Shown here: positions 46,201 to 58,200 of the stretch, in pieces
Layout of the letters: each line of letters begins with the position of its first letter
Position numbering within the stretch: the first letter of the stretch is position 1
From: Malacoraja senta
Taxonomy: Eukaryota
Reading direction: 5' to 3'
NCBI GenBank assembly: GCA_038087875.1
Contig: CM075996.1
Span: 4,156,001-4,220,000, forward strand
DNA length: 64,000 nt
Made by a program: the position numbers and the translations under genes
Notes under the pieces: model-generated
Told to the model about the DNA's origin: nothing
Database searches by the model: none
Seen by the model: only the letters and a program-made list of their open reading frames with translations

Positions 46201-49200
46201 GTCTACTTTTAGCTTTTCAATGCCATTTAAGTACTACACAGAGAGGGTGATGGATATATGGAATGAGCTGCTGGAGGAGGTAGCAGAGGCAGGTGCAATA
46301 ACACCATTTCAAAGAGATTTGGACAGGTACATGGATAGGAAAGGTTTAGGGGGATACAGGTCAAACACAGGCAGATAGTGTCGATGGGGAACCCTGGTTG
46401 GCATGGTCAAGCTGGGCTGAAGGGCCTGTTTCCGTGCTGCACGACCCTATGCATTATTATACTTCAGAGATATGGTAGGGAAACAGGCTCTTCAGCCCAC
46501 CGAGTCCACGTTGATCACCCATTTACACTAGTTCTATGTTATCCCAATTTCTCATCCACCCCCTATACACAATTTACAGAGAGTAATGAACCTACAAATC
46601 CACATGTCTTTAGGATGTGGGTGGAAACTGAAGCACCCAGACAAAATCTACATGGGCACGGGGAGAACTTGCAAACTCCACACAGACAGCATCCGATGTC
46701 AGCTTCTGACGCAGGTCTCGGGCACAGTGTGGTGGCAGTTCTACCAGCTGCGCTACTGTGCTGCTCTTTGGTCAAAACATATTATCAGCTACTGCTCTCT
46801 TCTCTCTGTGGAAATGCATACAAAGCTCAAAGGATTTGAAACAACCCATCTCAATTACTGGCCATTATTAGTTCAGTTTAGTTTAGAGGAACAGCATGGA
46901 CACAGGCCCTTTAGCCCACTGAGTCCACATCGGCCAATGATCATCCGTACGCTAGTTTTATGTTAACCCAGTTTGGTATCCTATATACTAGGGTCAATTT
47001 ACAGAAGCCAATTGACCTAAAAAAATACACATCCCTGGAATGTGGGAAGAAACCGGAGCACCCGGAAAAAAATCACGGGAGAACGTACAAACTCCATATA
47101 GACAGCACCCATAGTCAGGATCCAACCAGGGTCCGTGGCGCTGTAAGGCAGCAACTCTACCGCTGCGCCACTCTGCCGCCCTTATTAATTAAAAAAGCAA
47201 AACTCTGCAGTTGTTGGAAATCTGAAGCATTTGCGAAAATGCTGTCATTATTAAACAGATCAAGAAGTATCTATGGGGATTGTCTTCCATCAGACCCGAG
47301 GAGAAGTTAGAAAACCAGCATGTTTTAAGTTGCAGAAAAGGGAAGAGAACAAAGGGAATGTATGACTAGGTTAGAGTTTGAGAGGCAGCCTGCTAATTGT
47401 GGACTGATCTGTCTGAAGGAGATTAAATAAAACGAGAGAGGGGAGAAAAAAAAAGTGCTGAATCTGTTGGATACAAAACGCTGATGCTGGAAATCTGAAA
47501 TAAATGAGAATGCTGCCAATACGTAATAGATCAGGTAGCATCCGTGGAGAGAGAGGTAATGTTACTGTTTGAGATCTCTCCTCAGATCTGGCCAAACTGG
47601 AAAACTTATCTCTGACTTCTGAATGGTGCAGTGAGCTGAGTCAGACGTTGGTGCTGTTCCTCAAACCTTTTGGGCTTTGTTTGAACAATGAAATGGAATG
47701 GAGAATTAAAGAAATAGTCTGGAAGTTTTGGATCACTCTTGTGGACGGAACTGAACTGTTCTTCATTACGGGGATGGTACAGGGAAAACACAAATACAAA
47801 TACACATACAGGCAATGATGGTCCAATTCTACACGGCCATCGTAGAGTCTGTCCTCACCTTCTCCATCATGGTCTGGTTTGGCTCAGCCACCGAGCACGA
47901 TATCCGGAGGCTGCTGCGAATCGTCCGATCAGCTGAGAAGGTTATTGGTTGCAATCTTCCCTCCATTGACGAACTGTACACTGCATGGGCCAGGAAGCGA
48001 GCGGGTAAGATCATCTCTGACCCCTCTTGCCCTGGCCACAAACTCTTTGAATCACTTCCCTCTGGAAGGCGACTCCGGACTGTCAAAGCTGCCACAGCCA
48101 GACATAAAAACAGCTTTTTTTCCACGAGTAGCAGCTCTACTCAATAACCAAAAATCTGTAACCTCCTTTTGCTCTGGTATTTTATTTAATTCACATGTTT
48201 AATCAATAATGTTTTATTATCCATGTTTTATGTGTCATTGCTAACTCACTGTATGTCATGTTGTCACTTGCGGGCGGAGCACCAGGGCAAATTCCTTGTA
48301 TGTGAATACTTGGCCAATAAACTGATTCATTCATTCACATATTAGGGAATTGTATCCAAAATTCAGCCCGTTATAGTCCAGTCCTGAGAGTATGACCCTA
48401 GGTTTATATATTTGTGTCTCTGGAGTGGGACTTGAATCCACAACCTTTTGACCAGGGCCCAGGGGCAGAGTTGTATTTGTTTTGTTCCGTTTGGTCACGA
48501 GCCGTGACGGTCGATGTACATCTGAGGGGAGAGAGATGTCTTAATTGCTGCCTTCACCCATGGCTAGGTAGTGACTCTGCTGCAGTGCGCGACTCTCACA
48601 CGCCCACAAATAACCCCGCTGGTGTTCATGTGGAGGTCCGGGGACTGGAGGAAAGGTGGTTCAGCATCTTGAGGAACAAAATCTTCGTGTTGCTGATAAT
48701 TCTGCCGAAGAAAGGCATTTTATTTCCACTCGGTCCTTGGAGTCAACGTCCTGCATACCAGATACACACGAGTGGCCCCTCAGTGTAGAAGGGCTTGAAA
48801 AATATACCTGGAAAAGTTGAGTCCATACTGTGCTAACAGCTTGTTTCCATGGTTACGCAGCATCACACTCATCGTCATGAGCTCGGAGGAAGATGCCAGT
48901 GACCTTTACCTCAGCCGCCTGTTAGACAACGTGTTCAGTGCCATGGTGAGTTTGCAAAGTCAGATTAGCAGGGCTTTTATTAGCCACACATGCAGGCTGT
49001 TACAATCACACTCTTGATTCTTGTCTGTCCTCGCACCTGGTCACGTCCCTCCAAACCCTTTTCCATCCCCTGTCCAAGTGTCTTTCAGATGGCGTCATTG
49101 TCCACGCCTCTACAACTTTCTCTGGCAGCCTGTTCCATTTACGCACCTCCCTCCCTCCCTCCCTCCCTCCCCGTAAAATCAAAGTCTGCACACTTGTTTG

Positions 49201-52200
49201 GGACATGAGAGTAAACAGGAGCACTGGGAGACAAGCCATGCGGTCACAGGGAGAACGTGCAATCTCCACATAGGCAGTAACGGCAGTCAGTATTCTTCTT
49301 CTTCTTCTTTCGTGTGGCGTGCACAGCCTAATGTTGTTGGACAACTTGTTCTATTTGATCTTCCGTTTGTGCACGTCGAGTTGATTGCATTAGTCGAAAC
49401 AGGGCGGACCACGTGAAGGTTGAAATCTTCCACCCCGCAGTCAGTATTGAACCCGGGTCATTTGAGCATTGAGGCAGCGGCTTCAATGGCCGTGCAACTA
49501 TGCGACCCACTCCAACACCCATAACGCAGGCCTGCTCCCAGTGCATCAGATGCATTGCTGCACTCTTGTAGGTCCTATTTTTCAGATGATATGTTGAACC
49601 AAGGTCTTCCCTCTCATAAGGTCACAACCGCTGGGAGCAGAATTAGGCCATTCGGCCCATCGGGTCTACTCCGCCATTCAATCATGTCGGTGCAAAGCAT
49701 GTAATGGCACTTTGGCAAAGTGAGCAGGAAATTCACCCAGGGCTCAGATCCATCCGTCAACCACCGTCACTAAGAACTGATTATCTAATAATTATTGATT
49801 TGCTGTAAGTTGGAGCTTGTGTGCAAATTGACCTTCACCTTTCCTATATTGGATACCCATGGAGTCTGAAGAAGAGTCCTGACCCGAAACGTCGCCCAGC
49901 CACTACTTCCACAGATACTGCCTGACCCGTTGAGTTACTTCAGCACTATGTTCCACTCAAGATTCCAGCATCTGCAGGTTCCTTGTGTTTCCATTTTCCT
50001 GTATTATTACTGAGATCGCATTTTCTTGGTTGTAAAGCGCTTTGGCTGGTCTGAGGTTGTGAAATGCGCCAATTATTTTAAGAGAAAGCGCGCTCTCCTT
50101 CCTTTGAGCATGGGAGTTGCCGTTTGTGTGCGCTTATGTGCCAGTTCTGTAGTGCCAACACCAGATGCCAGAAATAGAAGGTGGTCTCTTTCACAACACA
50201 GACAACATTAATTCAACAAAGGTCAAACATTAAATAGAAAATAATATTTGCTGAGTGAGTTCATCTGCATGGGATATGGGTGACTGCTGTGACTGGCTGC
50301 ATTTTAATTGTATTTTACTGTTCCAATTCTCCCTTAGAGTCATAGAGTGATAGAGTGTGGTAACAGGCCATTCGGCCCAACTTGCCCACACCGGCCAACA
50401 TGTCCCAGCTACTGTTGTCCCACCTGCCTGCGTTTGGTTCATATCCCTCCAAACCTGTCCTATCCAATTATCTGCCTTTAACAGTCTGAAGAAGGGACTC
50501 GACCTGAAACGTCACCTATTCCTTCTCTCCAGAGACAAGACGCTGCCTGTCCTGCTGAGTTACTTCAGCTTTTTGTGTCTATCTTCATTTTAAACCAACA
50601 TCTGCAGTTCCTTCCTGCACAATTACCTGTCTTACTGGTTCTTAAACTTTGGGATAGTCCCAGCCTCAGCGACCTCCTCTGGCAGCTTGTTCCCTACACC
50701 CACCACCCTTTCTGTGAAAAGGTTACCCCTCAGATTCCTATTAAATCTTTTCCCCTTCACCTTAAACCTATGTCCGCTGGTCCTCGATTCACCTATGGGC
50801 GAGAGACGCTGTGCATCTACCTGATCTATTCCTTTAATGATTTTTTTACACGTCAATAAGATCGCCCCTCATTCTCCTGCGCTCCAGGGAATAGAGTCCC
50901 AGCCTGCTCAACCTCTCCCTATAGCTCAAACCGTCTAGTCCTGGCAACATCCTCGTAAATCTACTAGATATTTAAAAATCTCATATTTGTGTTCATACTC
51001 CTCCATGACGTCTCCCTATCTTATCTGTGTTACCTGTCCTAGTTGTACAATGTACAATTTAACTGGCACATAGGCAAAATACTATAATGCTTGAAACTGG
51101 GCACAAAAATAGAAAATGGGGGAAAATGCAGATAGTCAAACAGTAGCTGTGGAGGGAGAAACAGAGTTAATGCCTCCAATGAACTTTCATGAGGACAATT
51201 GGTCGGCGTGGATTTGATGGGCCGAAGGGCCATGTTCCATGCTGTCTCTCTAAGCTAAACCAGACTAAACTAATGTTCAAGAAGGAACTGCAGATGCTGG
51301 AAAATCGAAGGTAGACAAAAATGCTGGAGAAACTCAGCGGGTGAGGCAGCATCTATGGAGCGAAGGAAATAGGCAACGTTTCGGGCCGAAACCCTTCTTC
51401 AGACTGATGCAGGGTGTGGGGGTGGGAAGAAGAAAGGAAGAGGAGGAGCCAGAGGGCTGAGGGAAAGCTGAGAAGGGGAGCAAGGGCTACTGGAAATTGG
51501 AGAAGTCAATGTTCAAGCCGTTGGGGTGCAGACTGCCCAAGCGGAATATGAGGTGCTGCTCCTCCAATTTCCGGTGGCAATGGAGGTTGATAGTTGAAGG
51601 TGGTTGGCGGAGGTTGCAGGTAGTGGAAGGTAAGACCTCCCTGGTGGAATAAAACTGGGTGAAAAAAGGGTCTTACCTTCCACTACCTGCAACCCCTGGC
51701 AACCACCTTCAACTAGCATCGCAACCGGCTTTGACTAAAAAATTACCGATTTTTAAAACGGCAACCTATTTTTAGTCACGGCCGGTTTTGAATTTTTTGA
51801 AATAATCGGCGGAACGTAGAAGAAGAGGAAACCACTTTCGACCATTAGGGAGACTGACAAAAACCTCCGGGAACCGCACGGAAACCTTGGGTGGGGCGCA
51901 AAGTCTCCAGAGGTTTCCGTTCAGGTTTCCTAAGTGGGACAGGGGCATAACACTATCCTACACACACACGGGACAATTTACACATATACCAAGTGTACAA
52001 ACCCAAGCCAATTAACCTACAAACCTGTACGTCTTTGGAGTGCGGGAGGAAACCAAAGATCTTGGAGGAAACCCACGCGGTCACAGGTAGAATGTACAAA
52101 CTCTGAACAGACAGCACCCGTAGTCGGGATCGAACCCGGGTCTCTGGCGCTGCTAGCGCTGTAAGGCTGCAACTCTACCGCTGGGCCACCGTGCCTCCCA

Positions 52201-55200
52201 AATGGGGGCACAAATGGTGGTGGATTTGAAGGATTTTCTTTATCTATTGTACATAGAATATAGAACATTACAGCACAAGAACAGGCCCTTCGGCCCACAA
52301 TGTCTGTGCCAAACATGATACCAGGATCATCCCTTACCTATCTGCACATAATGCCTATCCCTCCACTCCCTGCATATCCATATTTAGACTTTAGAGATAC
52401 AGCACGGAGACAGGCCCTTTGCCCCGATCTTGTCCGCGCTGACCAGCGATCACGCCTACATTGTTTTTCCTCATTTCTTGGCTAAACAAGGAACTGAAAA
52501 TGCTGATTTACAAAAAACAAGGCGTAAAAAGAGACACAAAGTGCTGGGTGTCTTCCTCATTTCTGAGTTACTCCAGCATTTTGTGTCTATCAAGAACTTT
52601 TATTGTTGTGTCATAGGTCATAAGGTCATAAGTGATAGGAGGGGAATAGGCCGTTCGGCCCATCAAGTCTACTCCGCCATTCAATCATGGCCAATCTATC
52701 TCTCCCTCCTAACCCCATTCTCCTGCCTCCTCCCCATAACCCCTGACACCCGTACTGATCAAGAATCTATCTTTCTCTGCCGTAAAAATATCCATTGACT
52801 TGGCCTCCACAGCCTTCTGTGGCGTATTGGATTTATGATTGGGTAGATTGGCTATTTATTATGGATGGTGGTTTCATTCCAGAGTTTATTCCAAACGGGT
52901 GAGCTGTACAAAACTCTCAGCGTCAGCTCTCAGAGGTTTCCAGGAGACTAAGTGGTGACGTGGGAGGTTTGTGAAATTGCTCTGGCAGAAGATTAATTTT
53001 CAGGGTTGTGTAGGAAGTATCTGAGATGTTGGACTAAATTTGGAAGGTCTTTCAAATCCATTCTCCAGCACTTAGTGTCTTGTTTGTATACCAGCATCTG
53101 TACTTCCTTTGAACATGGACAGGTGACCTTTCGGGTCAGGACCCATCTATAGTTCCTTGCATCTACATCTCATATGTATAGCATGTCCAGGAAAATATAT
53201 TTTCGCCAAAGAGGTCTGTAGCAGCTTTAGCTTTGCACAGCAGAATAATGAATCATGGATCAGAGGATGACAGAAAAGCAGGAGGCCGCAGCAGCCTGGG
53301 GCTTGCCTGGAATGTGCACTGCTCATCACACCTAGAGCCTGGTAGACAAAAGTGCTGGAGAAAACTCGGCGGGTGCAACAACATCTTAAACACCTAGAGC
53401 GTGGACTGGACTGGACAAATTAGAGCAATCAGCACTTGCGTTTGGTAACGTTTTCCAGAGTAGAGGAATTTTTGCTCTGGACGTGCGGCATGGTGGCGCA
53501 GCGGTAGAGTTGCTGCCATACAGTGCCATTAACCCAGGTTCGATCCCCACCACGGGTGTTGTTTGTATGGAGTTTGTACGTTCTCCCCGTGACCTGCGTA
53601 GGTTTTCTCAGAGATTTTCGGTTTCCTCCCACACTCCAAAGACGTACAGGTTTGTTGGTTTATTAGCTTGGTATGAATGCAACACATGGATAGAACATTC
53701 ATGTATTAATGCAGGCAGGTGGGACTAGTGTAGCTGGGACATGTTGGCCGGTGTGGGCGAGTTGGGCCGAAGGGCCTGTTTCCACACTGTATCACTCTAT
53801 GACTATGAATTTCCATTCTCCATTTAATTCATTGGGTCAAGGTTTTCTTTAGTTCAACTCCACCAATTAATCCTGTCAACTGGACTAACTCTCATTGAAG
53901 CATTGATGGCCGTTTTGCACAGTCCGACTGCAATTGCACACTGACTCCTTGGCAGACCATGAGCTGTTGTCCGCTGGTGTTGCTTTGCTCTAAACCTGTG
54001 CTCCTGATCTTTGAAGGTATTGGTGATTGGCTTGGACGATCTGGTGAACCTCAAGAATGTGGAGCGATTGAAGCGAGAACTCCGGGTGAGCTACTGGTTG
54101 CTGATTGAAGATAAGTGGGTTGTGTCGTTATCTCTCTCTGTGTCTGGATTGAGCATCTGAGCCCAAAGAAAAGTATAAACTGAAACTTTTGGTGTTGTGC
54201 TATCAATTGATATGTTAAACACAAGGCTCTGTGTGCTTTCTCGAAGGATATAAGGGGTTCCTTAAAGCCCTGTCCCACGGTACGAGTTCATTCCAAGAAC
54301 TCTCACGAGTTTGCCCTGATTCGAACTCGGAGATTTACGGTAATGGCCGCTTGTCGGTACCCGGGGCTCTCGTGGACATTTTTCAACATGTTGAAAAAAT
54401 CTTCACGAGTCTTCCCGAGCTTACCTGCCGTTAGCGAGTCTTCCCGAGTACCTGCCGTTAGCGTTACGAGCCGCTAAGAGACGTCCCCGAGCTCCGACGT
54501 ACCCGCTACGTTCATTCTCAGTGCTTACCACGAGTTAGATTTTTTTTTAAACTCGGGAGAGCTCTTGGAATGAACTCGTACCGTGGGACAGGGCTATTAG
54601 CTTCTCCTGAATATGAGCCGTGAAACTCTCCTTGGCATATTTGCCACTATTTCTCCTGAAACTGTCAGTGGCAGAACATTAACCTGTCGCATTGCTCTTT
54701 GTGGAACCTTGTGGTGGGTTATTCTGAGCACAAACTGCGATGCCATCTTTTTAGCTTCTGGAATGCGTCCTGTTGGGAGAGTCCATATGTCACAGAGTCA
54801 TACAGCGTGGAAACAGGCCCTTCGGCCCTACTTACCCATGCTGACCAAGATGCCCTGTCTACACCAGTCCCACCTGCCCACGTTTGGCCCATATCCCTCA
54901 GCCTTTCCTAATCCATGTATTTTAAATGTATTGAGAATTGCTAACAAAATGAACAGTGGCATAATTCTCCAGTCTTGGACCACAATATCTAGGACTGGCA
55001 GGGTATGAACTAAGAATTAAAGCTAAAAAAACAACCATGTGTAGCGGAAGTGATTGTAGTCACACAGCAGAGAAACGGGCCCTGTAATGTCTGTGCCAGC
55101 CATCAACTACCTATCTATGTTAATCCCTTGTGCATGCACTTGGTCTATCACCTGCTCTGTGAGATGCTGCCTGTCCTGCCGAGTTACTCCAGCTCTTTTG

Positions 55201-58200
55201 TGTCTATCTGCCTTCGGGATTCTTGTTCAGATGCTTCTTCCATGTTGTGAGAGTACCTGGCTCCACCACCTACTCAAGCAGTGCGTTCCACATCGCAATC
55301 ACCATCTGGGTAAAAAAATAAAGTTTTGCTCGAACCCCCAAAGTTTGGACCTCACTGTGTCCCTCGCCTCTCTCTCTCTCTCTCTGCCAGCGTTCAGCCT
55401 TCTACTCTCATCAGTTAGAAGAAGGGTCTGGCCCAAAACCAGTTGTCTATCCATTTCCCACCACAGATGCTGCCTGTCCTGCCGAGTTCCTCCAGCAGTT
55501 TGTACTTTGCTCAACATTCCAGCATCTGCAATCTCTTGTGTCTCTTCTATGGTGAATGTGTTTGATAAGACAGGATAGAGGGATTTTGTTAGAACAGTCT
55601 CAAAAAGACAGGGATTAACAATTAATTGTCTCCCATTTCTACTTTCATATTAAAGACTTGGCAGTCCAAACAGATTATCAATATAATTTTTTGCAACTTT
55701 CCAAATGGCTGCTTGAAGGAATCTGCTTCTCACTGACAAATTATAATCCAGAAAAAGGCAATGCAACTTGACTTTTATTTTTTAACACTGGACTTGTGTT
55801 TAAATGTTTGTTTGCAATCTACTTACATGAAATGAAGGTTGTACTGCTGTTTCCCCAGGCCTGCTACAAGTTGATTGATAGTTTGCTGACTGCGTCAGAT
55901 TGGATTGGAGACCTGACACTGTGTGTGGATTGTGTAGTGTCTCCGGATGCAGCAATACTGCAGGTTGGTGGGGATGTGAGCATGCAGAAGAGCTGTACTC
56001 GTTTGCACCAAGTAAGATCGATGCCGACCATCCTCAGTGCCTTAACTGGAAAGTGATCAACAATGATTTAAAATGTTGACATTATTTACAGAAGGGTTTT
56101 CACAGAACACGTTATAAGTGTCGAAAACAGATGGGTTGACGCCCAGATGAAGAATCAGTGGGCGGCACGGTGGAGCAGCGGTAGAGTTGCTGCCTCCCAG
56201 CGCCAGAGTACCCGGGTTCCATCCTGACTACGGGTGCTGTCTGTACGGAGTTTGTATGTTCTCCCTGCGACCGCGTGTGTTTTCCCTCGGTACTCCGGTT
56301 TCATCCAAAGACGCACTCCAAAGATTGGTTTCGGTAATAATTGTAAATTGTCCCTATTGGGATGGATAGTGCCAGTGTACGGGGATCGCTGGTCGGCGCG
56401 GACTGGGTGGGATAAAGAGCCTGTTTCTGCGTTGTATCTCTAAACTAGTTTTGTTACTCTTTTGTGTTCATTGACAGCAGCAAATAATCTTGGGTCAGTT
56501 ATAGCACAGATTAAATATGGAGCGACTACGCTCCCTCTTCATCCCTGTACATTGAGAATTCAGTTGGAGCACAGGTCACATTCACGCTCCCATCAAACAT
56601 TCCAGGCACAGGTTAAAAAATGTAGCAAGTCTCGTAATATTGTTCCTTCGTACATTGCCAGAGCAGGGACAGCGCAGAGAGTGAAATCACTGCTGCCCTG
56701 TACCATCAAATGCTCCCAGGCCATGCACAGCATGGGGTTAGATGCACAAAAACACAAGAAGCCGGCCATCTGGCCCTTGCCATTCCTGCAGGATCACATC
56801 CAATCTTCTGCCTTGTTCTACTTTCACTGACCCTGTTTTCTTTGACAACTTTAATATCCAGAAATCTGTTGATCTCTATTTTGAATTAATTCGGTGACTG
56901 AGCCCTCTCAGCCTTCCAAGGTTGATAATTCCATAGAGTTTGCCCCCTTAAATGAAGAGATTTCTCTCGCATCAATCCTAAATGGCCAATCCCTTATTCT
57001 AAAACTATAACCCCAACAAGAATTTTGTACGTTCTCATGAAATCGCTTCTAAATCCGGTGGAACATTGACATAGTCTACGTAGTCTCTTCTCAAATGACA
57101 AACCTGTCATTCCTGGGAACAGGTTAATGAATCTTTAGAAACATAGATACATAGAAAATAGGTGCAGGAGTAGGCCATTCGGCCCTTCGAGCCTGCACCG
57201 CCATTCAATATGATCGTGGCTGATCATCCAAACTCAGTATCCTGTACCTGCTTCTCTCCATACCCCCTGATCCCTTTAGCCACAAGGGCCACATCTAACT
57301 CCCTCTTAAATATAGCCAATGAACTGGCCTCACTACATTCTGTGGCAGAGAATTTTAGGCACAAGGAACTGCAGATACTGTTTACAAAAGGGGACACAAA
57401 GTGCTGGAGTAACTCAGCGGGAGAGGCAGCATCTCTGGAGAGCACGGATAGGTCTTGACCTCTGAACCTGAGACATGGACAGGTGACATTTCGGGTCGGG
57501 ACCTTTCCCATGTTCTCCAGAGGTGCTGCCTGGCCTGTCGAGTTACACCAGCACTTTGCGTCCTTTATAAAAAATGAATCTTTGTTGCCCCCTCTTGAGT
57601 ACGTATCCTTATTTAGGAAAGGACTCTAACATTATGCATAATTCCCCTGATGCGGTGTCATCGAGGCCTGATATAATTGCAATGAGACATCTTTACTCCT
57701 GCATTCAAATCCTTGTGTAACACAGGCCAAGGTTCCATTGGGCTTTCTATTTCCTTGTTGCACTTGTGTGTTGACTTTACAGTGACTTGGAGACAGGAAC
57801 ATCCTGGTCTCTTTCAACATCAATGTCTCCTAATTTCTCACCATTCAAATTTTTTTTTCTGCTTTTCTCTTTTGGGCACCAAAGCCAAGAAGCTTAGATT
57901 TATTTTGATGTCATAATTTGTCAACATTGCCAAAAATTCATTTGTTCCCATTCTTTGTTTCTGTCTGTTAATGTATTCTCAATTCATGCTGGTCTTGAAT
58001 GACCAACATCCTACGTGAGACATTGTTTCCACCAGCGTAGGGTACTGTTCCATTCACCTCTACCCCATTGTGGACACTGGATTTGTCTACGGAACTTCTC
58101 CTTTCTTGCGTATGGCGTGCACAGCCTAAAGTTGTCGGACAACTTGTTCTATTTGACCTATTTGTTTGTGCACGTCGGGTTGATTGCATTCGTCGAAACA

